Below, piece by piece: positions 27,592-36,612 of a stretch of 64,000 nt of DNA (positions are counted from its first letter, which is position 1; each line of letters opens with the position of its first letter). Below the pieces are notes generated by a model. It searched no databases and was not told where the DNA came from. It saw only the letters and a program-made list of their open reading frames with translations. The DNA comes from Ardenticatenaceae bacterium (GTDB lineage: Bacteria; Chloroflexota; Anaerolineae; Promineifilales; Promineifilaceae), in NCBI GenBank assembly GCA_020634245.1, contig JACKCC010000007.1:484555-548554 (forward strand). The letters run 5' to 3'. Made by a program: the position numbers and the translations under genes.

Positions 27592-29427
27592 ATGGGTTTT
27601 ATCCTCGATGGGTTAGACACTGAAGATTATGACCGGCAGTATGGCGACCGGGAACTGTTGGGGCGAATTGTCGGCTATTTTCGGCCGTATAAGCGAGAGA
27701 TGCTCCTGGTGGCGGCGATGATCACTCTGGATTCGGCGGCGGGAACTGGCGGGCCGGTTATCATTTCGCGCGGCATTGATATGCTCTCTACCAACTCGAC
27801 AACGCGGGCCTTTTTGCTGTTGTCTGGCGGGGTCATGCTGCTGGGCATCGCTGCCTGGCTCTTTAACTTTACGCGCCAATATTTTTCGGCCAAAGTGGTG
27901 GGCAACGTGGTTTTGCAGCTGCGGGAAGATGTGTTTGCGGCCACGATTCAGCACGACATGTCGTTTTACGACGAGCATCCGTCGGGCAAAATCGTCAGCC
28001 GGGTCACATCGGACACGCAGGATTTTTCGGACGTGGTGTCGTTGACGATGAATCTGTTGAGTATGCTGCTGCTGGTCGTGATTTTGTCCATCTGGCTGTT
28101 CAGCATCAACGTTTATTTGACGCTGCTGCTGATAGGGATGACGCCGGTAGCGGTGGCGATTGCCTTGAGCTTCCGCAAAATTGCGCGGGAAGTGACGCAG
28201 CGGGCGCGCCGGGTGACGGCCAAAATCAATGCCCAGATTCAGGAATCGGTGAGCGGGATTGTCGTGGCCAAAAGTTTCCGCCAGGAGCAGGCGATTTACA
28301 ATACGTTTAATGAGAATAACAAACAGGGCTACCAGGTTGGATTGCGGCGTGGGTTGACGCTGGTTTCTATTTTCCCTGTCATGAATCTGGCTTCCGGGCT
28401 GGGGACGGCGCTGCTGGTGTATGCCGGCGGGCTGGCCACGCGGCCGGATTCATTTTTTGGCTCGTTGAGCGGCGGGGTGACGGCCGGTGACTGGTATTTG
28501 TATATGCAGACGGTGGGCTTTTTCTGGTGGCCGATGATGAATATTGCCTCGTTTTGGAGCCAGTTTCAGGATGGCTTGTCAGCGGCGGAGCGGGTGTTTG
28601 CCTTGATTGACCTGGAGCCGAAGGTGCAGCAGACGGCCAGTGAACCGGTGGGGCGGCTAAACGGCCGTATCCAATTCCAAAACATCAATTTCAGCTACAC
28701 CGACAAAGAAACCGTCCTGCCTGACTTCTCTCTGGACATTGCCGCCGGCGAAACGCTGGCGCTGGTCGGCCATACCGGCGCGGGCAAGAGCAGCATCGCC
28801 AAGCTCATTACCCGCTTTTACGAATTCCAGGGCGGCCAGCTTTTGATTGACGGCCGTGACGTGCGCACGCTCGATTTAGGCCAGTACCGGCAGCAAATCG
28901 GGCTGGTGCCGCAGGAGCCGTTCCTCTTTTCGGGTACGGTGCGCGAGAATATCCGCTACGGCCGTCCCACAGCCAACGACGACGAAGTGCTGGCCGCCGC
29001 CAATCATATCAGCAATGGCGAATGGCTGGCCTCGCTGCCCGATGGGCTGGATACGGATGTGGGTGAGCGGGGCAGCAGCCTTTCCATGGGGCAGCGGCAG
29101 TTGGTGGCCCTGGCGCGGGTCATCCTCAAAGACCCGGCCATCTTCATCCTGGATGAAGCGACAGCCAGCGTCGATCCGTTCACAGAGACGCAGATTCAGG
29201 AAGGGTTGGAAGCGATTATGGCGGAGCGCACGGCCGTTGTCATTGCCCACCGCCTCTCTACCGTTAAAAATGCCGACCGGATCGTGGTGATGAAAGACGG
29301 CCGTATCATCGAAGAAGGCACGCACGACAGCCTTATGTCGCAAAGCGGCCACTACGCCGAACTGTACAATACCTACTTCCGCCACCAAAGTTTGAGTTAC
29401 ATCGAGTCGTTTGGGGAGAAACCCTGA
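27592..29427 (+). CDS. ABC exporter, fused permease/ATPase (heterodimer partner 2)
   Basis: Walker A GHTGAGKSS, signature LSMGQRQL and Walker B IFILDE. The start was chosen at MGFILDG. Confidence 0.8.
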   Translation: MGFILDGLDTEDYDRQYGDRELLGRIVGYFRPYKREMLLVAAMITLDSAAGTGGPVIISRGIDMLSTNSTTRAFLLLSGGVMLLGIAAWLFNFTRQYFSAKVVGNVVLQLREDVFAATIQHDMSFYDEHPSGKIVSRVTSDTQDFSDVVSLTMNLLSMLLLVVILSIWLFSINVYLTLLLIGMTPVAVAIALSFRKIAREVTQRARRVTAKINAQIQESVSGIVVAKSFRQEQAIYNTFNENNKQGYQVGLRRGLTLVSIFPVMNLASGLGTALLVYAGGLATRPDSFFGSLSGGVTAGDWYLYMQTVGFFWWPMMNIASFWSQFQDGLSAAERVFALIDLEPKVQQTASEPVGRLNGRIQFQNINFSYTDKETVLPDFSLDIAAGETLALVGHTGAGKSSIAKLITRFYEFQGGQLLIDGRDVRTLDLGQYRQQIGLVPQEPFLFSGTVRENIRYGRPTANDDEVLAAANHISNGEWLASLPDGLDTDVGERGSSLSMGQRQLVALARVILKDPAIFILDEATASVDPFTETQIQEGLEAIMAERTAVVIAHRLSTVKNADRIVVMKDGRIIEEGTHDSLMSQSGHYAELYNTYFRHQSLSYIESFGEKP

Positions 29428-29497
29428 GGTCCCGTTTGTTTTTAGGTAAACCACAAAAAGTCTTTTGATGAATAATCCACCATTTCTTTTTTATAAA

Positions 29498-29551
29498 TTT
29501 CCCCGGAAACTTTTTGCCGAGGAACACACTGGATAGCAGTTTCCGGGGAAA
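29498..29551. repeat. TTCC(C)GGAA composite palindrome, copy a
   Basis: TTTCCCCGGAAACT ...26 nt... AGTTTCCGGGGAAA. Confidence 0.6.
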
Positions 29552-29618
29552 TGTTGATTACTTTTTAACGCTGTATTCAATCTCCTTGCTCCTTAAATTT
29601 TAAATTGGGTAACGAAAT

Positions 29619-29693
29619 TGTCATTTCGAGGTCCGCCGAGAAATCCTTTTGCGTTTGCAAATTGGGCAGGATTCCTCTCTTCGTTCGGAATGA
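29619..29693. repeat. MITE-like imperfect long hairpin GTCATTTCGAGG...GGAATGAC, copy 1
   Basis: 5' arm GTCATTTCGAGGTCCGCCGAGAAATCC and 3' arm GGATTCCTCTCTTCGTTCGGAATGAC. A homologous copy lies at 55993-56055. Confidence 0.5.
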
Positions 29694-29756
29694 CATCTTC
29701 ATTGCCCGTTTTATTTTAAAAACCAACAAGATTGAACCAATCTATAACATTTTCCC

Positions 29757-31406
29757 CTAATCAAACAGGCTTTTTTGCTGCGGGCCGGGTTCCTGGACGC
29801 GCTGCGCCTGTTTGAAGGTCATGCCGGTGGGCGGCATTTGCACCTGCGACCCATTCAGCAGCGCTTCAATCGTTAGAATTTGAATCTTGGGGTAGTTTTG
29901 GTTCCAGCCCGGCGAATGGTAAAAACCGGCCGACGCCGCTTCGGTTAGCATCGGTTTGCTGGGCGTTTCCAGGGTGATAAAGACGCCCATGACCGCTTTT
30001 TCCCGGTCAACTGTGCCTACCAAATCCCGAATCTGGCCGCTGCCGACTTTGCCGCTTTTGACCTGGACGACGATGCGTTTGGGCCGGCCGGTATTGTCAT
30101 CCATGAACGTGATCGTGCCGTCAATGCCCTTGTCGGCTCCCTTTTTGCCTTTTTTGCCGTCGTCACTGCCGCTGGGCATGGCTTTGATGAGCGACAAGGC
30201 CCACCACTCAAACTGGAAGCGGTCGTCCTGGGCCAACTGCTGGGCCGAACGGACTGATTCCGGCTCGCCGATGACGTCAAACGAGGCATCGGGGAACATT
30301 TCTTGCAGGCGGTATTTTTGCAGGGCGATGGAGAGATGGGTGATGTCGATCCCGATCCATTTGCGCCCCAGCTTTTGCGCGGCGGCGATGGTTGTGCCGC
30401 AGCCGCAGAAAGGATCGAGCACAATGTCGCCAGGGTTGCTGCTGGCTTCAATAATCCTTTCCAACAAGGTTAATGGTTTTTGAGTGGGATAACCAAGACG
30501 TTCTTTCGCTTGGGAACTGATGGGGGGAATATCTAGCCAAATGTCTTGTAAGGGAACTCCAGGCATTTCATCCAGATATTGTTTTAGGCGCGGTAATCCT
30601 GTTCTTGTGTAGTATAGTCGTCCTTCCTGATCGAATTTTTGCATATTCTCTCTGGAGTACGCCCAAAATCTGCCTTTAGTTGGCTTACGCCCTTTCCATT
30701 CGTAAGAGGTGTCACCTCCTGGTTTAGCCGCCGTTAAGTCAGTCGCCTTGAAGCGTCGTCCGGTTTCTTCTTCTACATACCGATAGTTGGACTCAACATA
30801 TTCTAGATCGTATTCTGTGTAAACAGTATTCCAAATCCATTCATTGCTCTTTGAATAAAAGAAAATAATGTCATGGATTCGACCCGGTTGTTTTGACCCT
30901 TGTCTCGCGTCACTATGAGCGGACGAGCGTTTCCAGATGATTTCAGCACGGAAGCCTGTGGGATTAAAAACCGCATCAAGTAAGATTTTCAAATAATGAC
31001 TTGCTGTGGGATCGCAATGCAAGTAAAGACTGCCGGTGGGTTTCAAAACTCGGTGCAACTCAACCAAACGGGCTGTCATCATGACCAAGTAAGCCATCAT
31101 TTGATTTGTACCAATAAATTCACGTAAAGCAGCAATCATTCGGCTTACTTCATCTGAAGTCTGGGTGACAAGTTCCTCGTAAAGCGCAGCAGTAGCGTGA
31201 TCCCAATGCCAGGTATCTTCAAATGCGGCAATTTGGGCCTCGGATTCTTCACCGCTTTCATACTTGAACAGGACGTTGTAAGTGCGCTTGGAATTAAACG
31301 GAGGGTCCAGATAAACCAGGTCAACGCTCTCGTCGGGGACGTAGTCGCGCAGGATGGGCAGGTTGTCGCCGTAAAATAACGTGTTTTTCGTGATCGCTTT
31401 GGTCAT
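29757..31406 (-). CDS. Beta-class N4/N6 DNA methyltransferase fused to a C-terminal Mrr-like (PD-(D/E)xK) restriction endonuclease domain
   Basis: DPPF motif IV (LDPPFNSK) precedes motif I (LDPFCGCGTT), which is the beta-class order. The C-terminal ~170 aa carry FQFEWWALSLIK ... DKGIDG ... VVQVK ... IRDLVG ... matching the Mrr catalytic-domain pattern. Confidence 0.75.
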   Translation of the reverse strand: MTKAITKNTLFYGDNLPILRDYVPDESVDLVYLDPPFNSKRTYNVLFKYESGEESEAQIAAFEDTWHWDHATAALYEELVTQTSDEVSRMIAALREFIGTNQMMAYLVMMTARLVELHRVLKPTGSLYLHCDPTASHYLKILLDAVFNPTGFRAEIIWKRSSAHSDARQGSKQPGRIHDIIFFYSKSNEWIWNTVYTEYDLEYVESNYRYVEEETGRRFKATDLTAAKPGGDTSYEWKGRKPTKGRFWAYSRENMQKFDQEGRLYYTRTGLPRLKQYLDEMPGVPLQDIWLDIPPISSQAKERLGYPTQKPLTLLERIIEASSNPGDIVLDPFCGCGTTIAAAQKLGRKWIGIDITHLSIALQKYRLQEMFPDASFDVIGEPESVRSAQQLAQDDRFQFEWWALSLIKAMPSGSDDGKKGKKGADKGIDGTITFMDDNTGRPKRIVVQVKSGKVGSGQIRDLVGTVDREKAVMGVFITLETPSKPMLTEAASAGFYHSPGWNQNYPKIQILTIEALLNGSQVQMPPTGMTFKQAQRVQEPGPQQKSLFD

Positions 31407-31552
31407 TCGTTTGCACCTTTTTGCTAACGGCCGATAGATACCCGATTGTACCCAATGTTGGCGGGAAAATAAAAGCGCCCTACCGGATGACAGGGCGTTT
31501 TGCGTGTGGGACAGGCTGAAACTCAGCTCAGCAAACTGGCAGTCCGAAGAAA

Positions 31553-32638
31553 TCAGGGCAGGACGCGGCGCAGCAGATTGAGCCAGTTGCCGCCCATGAT
31601 GTTGGCCACGTCCGTCTCGGAATAGCCGCGCTCGGCCAGTTTGGGCGCAATGAGGGCTTCGTCGGCGATGTTGTCCATCTCGCTGGGAATGTCTTCACGG
31701 CCAAAACCGCCGTCAAGATCGCTGCCGATGCCCACATGGGCGGCGCTGCCCAGCACCTGGCAGACGTGGTCAATGTGGGCCACGACGTGATCCAGCGTAA
31801 CCAGATGTTTGGGATCACCCATGCTGTGACCGGCGCGCAGGAATTTGTTGAACAGGACGGTTCCAATCACGCCGCCGCGCTCGCCAATGAGGCGGATCTG
31901 GTCATCGCTTAGCTGGCGTTCGGTGGGGACCAGGGCACGGCCGTTGCTGTGCGAGGCGATGATTGGCCCTTCGTAACGATCCAGCGCTTCGAAGATGGCT
32001 TGGTCGCTCATGTGGGTCAGGTCGAGGATGAAGTTGTATTGAGCCATGATTTCCAGGAGGGAACGGCCGTCATCGGTCAAGCCCCGTTTGGCCTGCCAGT
32101 CGCCATCGGCATAGCGCGTATCATCCCAGGCCAGCCCAACAGCCCGCAGCCCGCGTTCATACCAATATTCGACCTCTTCCGGTTCGCGAATGGGATCGGC
32201 GCCTTCCATCAAAGGCACAATGCCGATGAGCCGCTTGTCAACCTCCCGGAGGTTCTGAACCTCCGGGAGGTTGGGGTTACTGGCAATTACCTCATCCAAA
32301 TCGGCCAGCGTGCCCACCAGACGAATGCGCTCGTCCTCGTCGGCCAGCCGATGGTAAAAATCCAACTGGGTCATGGCCAGTTTATGCGCTTCCTGAGCGT
32401 TGAGATAAATGATGTCGTTTTCAAAGGAGGGGTTTTTACGGCTGGCCGGAGAGACGAACAGCGTGCCAAAACAGAGTCCGATGCCGCCTTTTTGCATGGC
32501 GTCAAAGGCAACGGTGGCCTGACCGCGATGGCGATCCCGTTTTTCGGTGGCGCGGATGTGTGTGAGGGGATGGCGGGGGTTACGGCCGTAACCCAGCGCG
32601 TTGTAAGCCAGATCAAGATGAGCGTCTACAATGAACAT
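31553..32638 (-). CDS. Membrane dipeptidase (peptidase M19 / renal dipeptidase family)
   Basis: MFIVDAHLDLAYNAL... is the M19 family N-terminus. TIM-barrel metal ligands are present. Confidence 0.8.
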   Translation of the reverse strand: MFIVDAHLDLAYNALGYGRNPRHPLTHIRATEKRDRHRGQATVAFDAMQKGGIGLCFGTLFVSPASRKNPSFENDIIYLNAQEAHKLAMTQLDFYHRLADEDERIRLVGTLADLDEVIASNPNLPEVQNLREVDKRLIGIVPLMEGADPIREPEEVEYWYERGLRAVGLAWDDTRYADGDWQAKRGLTDDGRSLLEIMAQYNFILDLTHMSDQAIFEALDRYEGPIIASHSNGRALVPTERQLSDDQIRLIGERGGVIGTVLFNKFLRAGHSMGDPKHLVTLDHVVAHIDHVCQVLGSAAHVGIGSDLDGGFGREDIPSEMDNIADEALIAPKLAERGYSETDVANIMGGNWLNLLRRVLP

Positions 32639-32644
32639 AGTTGG
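32581..32644. repeat. Direct repeat copy 1 (native 5' end of the dipeptidase gene)
   Basis: 64 bp, about 89% identical to 33291-33354. It starts at a tACGGCCGTa octamer. Confidence 0.7.
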
Positions 32645-32654
32645 TTTATGGGGG

Positions 32655-32996
32655 TTACTTTTGCAGCCAGTCGATCAGACGGCTTCTGATGAGCTGCAAT
32701 CGTGTTGATGAAATATGGCCCAGACGGGCCGAAATTATCGATGCTTCCACACTGGCCAATCGCGCTAACCGGACGACTGAACGTACCTTCAAACCGGCAG
32801 TTTCAAAATCAGGGTCAGATGCCTCGATTATCTCGTCAAAATCAGGGGTGGTCTGGTAGGCACGAGAAGAAATCAAGGCCAGCAGCAAATCTGGATGACG
32901 GCCAGGAGCAACAGCAACAACTAAAGCTGGGCGTAACTTTCCTGTTTGCAAATCTGTTTGGGGGAAGCGAATGAGAACGATGTCGCCGGGGTTCAT
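32655..32996 (-). CDS. mazF: Type II toxin, MazF/PemK family mRNA interferase
   Basis: GDIVLIRFPQTDLQTGKLRPALVV is the canonical PemK/MazF N-terminus. Confidence 0.8.
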   Translation of the reverse strand: MNPGDIVLIRFPQTDLQTGKLRPALVVAVAPGRHPDLLLALISSRAYQTTPDFDEIIEASDPDFETAGLKVRSVVRLARLASVEASIISARLGHISSTRLQLIRSRLIDWLQK

Positions 32997-33238
32997 GGAT
33001 GATAAATCTCTTTGGCGTCCTTCAAGGTATATTCGACTTCGTCATCCTCGTGGAAAAACTGTTCCAGCGTAAAATCCTGCCACTGACGATTGCTCCAATT
33101 GGCATATAACGGGGCTATTTTTCGCCTGGCCATCATAAAGAAAGTGAAATCAGCAATTTGTTGTACCAGATCATCCGGCAGACTACTGATCTGTTTCAAC
33201 AATTGTTCACGGGAAATTGTTTCAGGCATAACAGTCAC
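32993..33238 (-). CDS. Putative cognate antitoxin
   Basis: 81-aa ORF overlapping the mazF start by 4 nt (ATGA). A palindromic ATGAAAgtgatatTTCATATGAA lies in its promoter region at 33258-33281. Confidence 0.55.
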   Translation of the reverse strand: MTVMPETISREQLLKQISSLPDDLVQQIADFTFFMMARRKIAPLYANWSNRQWQDFTLEQFFHEDDEVEYTLKDAKEIYHP

Positions 33239-33285
33239 CTCGCAGGATGCAATGAAAGTGATATTTCATATGAATTATAGCATGT

Positions 33286-33348
33286 TCAGGTACGGCCGTA
33301 ACCTAGCGCATTGTAAGCCAGGTCAAGATGGGCGTCTACGATGAACAT
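33286..33348 (-). pseudogene. Duplicated 5' fragment of the dipeptidase gene (direct repeat copy 2)
   Basis: Encodes MFIVDAHLDLAYNALGYGRT then stop. It differs from 32581-32644 by ~7 substitutions, mostly transitions. Confidence 0.65.
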
Positions 33349-33360
33349 GGTTGTGACTGG

Positions 33361-34230
33361 TTATTTTGTTATCAGTTCACGAAGCCGGGCCAGATTGACC
33401 GGATCCATTTCGATTTCATTGCCGTCTTCATCTTCTTCCGTTTTGGGCGTTTCCAGATGGGCGGAATGGTTGGCCCAGCGTGGGTCGTTGACGAAGTTGG
33501 CGAAACCGTCCAGACCGATGAAGCCGTCGCCGATGTGGGCGTGGCGGTCTTTTTGCGAACCCAGTTCAAATTTGCTGTCGTTGAAGTGGAAGGTTTTGAT
33601 GTGATTCAGGCCGATGATCCGGTCGAATTCGGCCATCGTTTTTGCATACGTTTCCGGTGTGCGGATGTCGTATCCGGCGGCAAAGACGTGGCAGGTGTCG
33701 AAGCAGACGCCTATCCGGTCACTGCCGCTATCTTCTAGCAGTTGGGCTAGATGCTCAAATTTACAACCCAGATTTGTGCCCTGTCCGGCCATCGTTTCCA
33801 GGCAGACAGTGACGTTGGGAGCGGTTACGGCCGTTTCCTCCACCAACCGCCGCAAAGCCCGCGCAATATTGGCCAAGCCGGTCGCCTCATCGCCGCTGAC
33901 ATAGGAGCCGGGGTGGAACGTCAGCAGCGGAATGCCCAACAGCCCGGCCCGTTCCACCTCTTCCTTGAGCGCCTGATATGATTTTTCCCACAGCGCCTCA
34001 TCGGGTGAAGCTACGTTGATGAGATAACTGGCATGAACCGCCACTGGGAAAATATCATGTTCGGCTTCTGCTTTTTTGTAAGCATCAATATCTTCAACGG
34101 TGAGCGGTTTGGCGTTCCACTGCCGGTTGCTCTTGGTAAACACCAGCATCGATTCGCAGCTGGCTTCCTGCCCCCGTTCAAACGCTTTGTAAACGCCGCC
34201 CGCGGCGCTCATATGTGCCCCTAATCGCAT
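33361..34230 (-). CDS. nfo: Endonuclease IV (AP endonuclease, xylose-isomerase-like TIM barrel)
   Basis: MRLGAHMSAAGGV ... HASYLINVAS ... matches the Nfo family. The track ORF extends to 34302. Confidence 0.8.
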   Translation of the reverse strand: MRLGAHMSAAGGVYKAFERGQEASCESMLVFTKSNRQWNAKPLTVEDIDAYKKAEAEHDIFPVAVHASYLINVASPDEALWEKSYQALKEEVERAGLLGIPLLTFHPGSYVSGDEATGLANIARALRRLVEETAVTAPNVTVCLETMAGQGTNLGCKFEHLAQLLEDSGSDRIGVCFDTCHVFAAGYDIRTPETYAKTMAEFDRIIGLNHIKTFHFNDSKFELGSQKDRHAHIGDGFIGLDGFANFVNDPRWANHSAHLETPKTEEDEDGNEIEMDPVNLARLRELITK

Positions 34231-34328
34231 AAATTCTCCTTGAGTGAGGTTGCGAGGTTGCGGAGTTGCGAGGTGGTGGTTTGCGAGTAAAAAAATATGC
34301 ACTCATCACTTGCTACTCCGCCACTCAT

Positions 34329-34553
34329 TTACCTTGTCAAATCTTCTCGTTTTTCGCCGCTGAAAAAGCCGATGGATTCCATGCCGTCCAGCGAATAAAC
34401 GGCATCACCCACAATGCGCCATACCCGCTTGCCAGCCAGATCGACGATAAATTCGCCTTCTCGTCGGCCGGTTGCTTCTCCTTCGAGGGTGTAAAGGGTG
34501 CTGCCCTGCAAATAAGCGAACTGTTCCCCTTTGCGATCGATTAAACCACGCAT
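34329..34553 (-). CDS. Hypothetical small protein
   Basis: 74-aa ORF. No recognisable domain. Confidence 0.35.
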   Translation of the reverse strand: MRGLIDRKGEQFAYLQGSTLYTLEGEATGRREGEFIVDLAGKRVWRIVGDAVYSLDGMESIGFFSGEKREDLTR

Positions 34554-34693
34554 GTGCCACCTCCAAAATGAAAGGCAGAAGGCGGAATGCTGAAGGCAGA
34601 ATAGTTGGCTGATTTTCCGCCTTGCGCCGTGACTCGGATACTGATGATTGCATTATACAACATTCTATTGGGCGAATGGTTGCTTTATGGTAA

Positions 34694-34785
34694 GCGTTCA
34701 GGTGACAGTCACTTTTTCCCAGAGGTAATGACAAATTTCAAGTCGTTTTGAGTGACTGTCACCTCTGGGACTGAACGATTACGCT
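34694..34785. repeat. Copy B of the GTGACAGTCAC-type structured repeat
   Basis: gcgttcaGGTGACAGTCACtttttCCCAGAGGtaatgac...gaGTGACTGTCACCTCTGGGActgaacgattacg. Confidence 0.6.
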
Positions 34786-34909
34786 TTATGAAAGTTGGTA
34801 AAAAATAATCGGTGGGCTAAACAGCGCCCACCGACTTTGTTCAACAGTCCCGGTGTCTTGCCAGAGCCGGATTTTACCGGAGAATCGACAACGAACCAGA
34901 AACGCTGGT

Positions 34910-35317
34910 TTAATGGGTGATGTTTGGCCAGCGGAAGAGAAGCACGGCCGTTACCAACGCTACATTAATCAATACCCCCACACCCCCCTTGTCATCCAGG
35001 TTTTGCCAGCCGCCATCCCAAAGCAGCAGGTAGAGCACGGATGAAAATACGGCCGTACCCATCAAAATCGGCCGCCACCAACTCTGCTGCCAAAACAGAC
35101 CAATCCCGCTGATTACAAACCCAACGGCGGCGATGATGAGGGCAACGGCCGTTACCCCACGTACCATCCCGTCATCCCAAAATTGTGCAAATAACCATGA
35201 CCCATCCGGCCAAACCATACCTGGTTGCAGCTCAAAAACCCGCTGACTCTGGCCCAGGTACAACAAATGCACCAGGCCGTGCAGTACAAAAAATACACCC
35301 AAAATAATACGAAACAT
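34910..35317 (-). CDS. Hypothetical membrane protein
   Basis: AAGGAG RBS before MFRIILGVFF. Four predicted TM helices. Confidence 0.55.
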   Translation of the reverse strand: MFRIILGVFFVLHGLVHLLYLGQSQRVFELQPGMVWPDGSWLFAQFWDDGMVRGVTAVALIIAAVGFVISGIGLFWQQSWWRPILMGTAVFSSVLYLLLWDGGWQNLDDKGGVGVLINVALVTAVLLFRWPNITH

Positions 35318-35338
35318 CAAAATTCTCCTTGTAAATAA

Positions 35339-35392
35339 TCTTCCCGGAAGCTGCCCATAGCATTTCCGCACAATAGCAAGCTTCCGGGAAGA
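35339..35392. repeat. TTCC(C)GGAA composite palindrome, copy b
   Basis: TCTTCCCGGAAGCT ...26 nt... AGCTTCCGGGAAGA. Confidence 0.6.
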
Positions 35393-35425
35393 TGGACTAT
35401 TGGTGACTTGTCTGTTTCCAGCAAC

Positions 35426-36127
35426 TTACAGGACAAAACCGCCCCGCTTCATCTCCATCCGTTTGAGTTCGTGGCCCAAACCGGCAATGAACGAAACCAC
35501 ATATAAAACAGCCGCGCTAAACACAAAAAGCAGCGCTGTATTCTGAATCGTTTCCGGCTGCGTGATGCCGGGGAAAAAGCCGAAAATTGCCGTTTCCAGA
35601 CCGACCAGCATAACGGCCGTTGCCAAAACAAGCGTGACTCGCCATAGTTTAGACAAGAACGGCCAACTGCGGCGCGGCAGCACTTTCCGCCACCAAGTCA
35701 GTGGTTTATTCATCCGCGTGGCAAAAGCCCAGGCCGGAACGAAGAAGGCCACCTGCCCAATCCCGCCGCCAAACAGGAAAAGCAGGATAAACAATCCCAG
35801 AAAAACAGTCGGCCCATGGTTTGTTTCCAGAAACCAGATAGACCAGATCACAATGGCCACGCCCAAGGCCATGGACAGCACGCCGGAAATCAGGAAATTG
35901 GGGATGATGGTAAAAGCATCTTCCGTGCCCAAAACCCAAAGCCGTTGTGCTTCGCCGATGGCCTGGATGAACAGGCCGTTTGTTGGTTTGTTGCCCTGCA
36001 AAAACTCAAAAAAGCCGTGATTAAACCCGGCAATACCAAAAAGCACGCCAACCGTGGTGGCGATGACCCGCGTCGCATTGAGATCGTCAAAAGAGGGCCT
36101 ATCATTCGCTGCTATCGCAATCTTCAT
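35426..36127 (-). CDS. Hypothetical polytopic membrane protein
   Basis: CAGGAGAAG RBS before MKIAIAAN. It is bracketed by repeat copies b and c. Confidence 0.55.
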   Translation of the reverse strand: MKIAIAANDRPSFDDLNATRVIATTVGVLFGIAGFNHGFFEFLQGNKPTNGLFIQAIGEAQRLWVLGTEDAFTIIPNFLISGVLSMALGVAIVIWSIWFLETNHGPTVFLGLFILLFLFGGGIGQVAFFVPAWAFATRMNKPLTWWRKVLPRRSWPFLSKLWRVTLVLATAVMLVGLETAIFGFFPGITQPETIQNTALLFVFSAAVLYVVSFIAGLGHELKRMEMKRGGFVL

Positions 36128-36145
36128 TTCGCTTCTCCTGAATAG

Positions 36146-36203
36146 CATCTTCCCGGAAGTTGCCTCGTATTAAGTCCCCAAATAAACGAACTTCCGGAAG
36201 ATG
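36146..36203. repeat. TTCC(C)GGAA composite palindrome, copy c
   Basis: CATCTTCCCGGAAGTT ...27 nt... AACTTCCGGAAGATG. Confidence 0.6.
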
Positions 36204-36224
36204 GCTTTCATGGGTGGGGGACAT

Positions 36225-36452
36225 TTATGAAATTTTTGAAAAATGCTCGCGGGATACCGACAGAAGCACAAACCCTTGCTGGTGTAAATGCCGCATCAGA
36301 CCGATAAAACCTGATTGATCGGCCTGAATAGCGAGACAGGAGGTTTCCGTGCCCCGGCGCTGCACGCGCATCTGGATGGGGCTGGCTGCATTCAGAGTCG
36401 TTTCATCCACTTCGCCTTTCACTTCGATATGGTAAGTGCAAATGTCGTGCAT
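36225..36452 (-). CDS. Hypothetical small protein (75 aa)
   Basis: AAAGGAG RBS 8 nt before MHDICTYHIEVKGEV.... Confidence 0.4.
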   Translation of the reverse strand: MHDICTYHIEVKGEVDETTLNAASPIQMRVQRRGTETSCLAIQADQSGFIGLMRHLHQQGFVLLSVSREHFSKIS

Positions 36453-36612
36453 CCCTTTTGCTCCTTTGGCCAAAATCATGCCTTTATCTTGCCAAAAAAC
36501 GCAGCAGCGCAGACCACATGAAGATGTAGTCCATGCCAGATAAAGATGTAGCATCTTTCAGCAATCGGAAAATTCTTCGGATAACGGAATACGAATTACG
36601 ACTGGATGGGAT

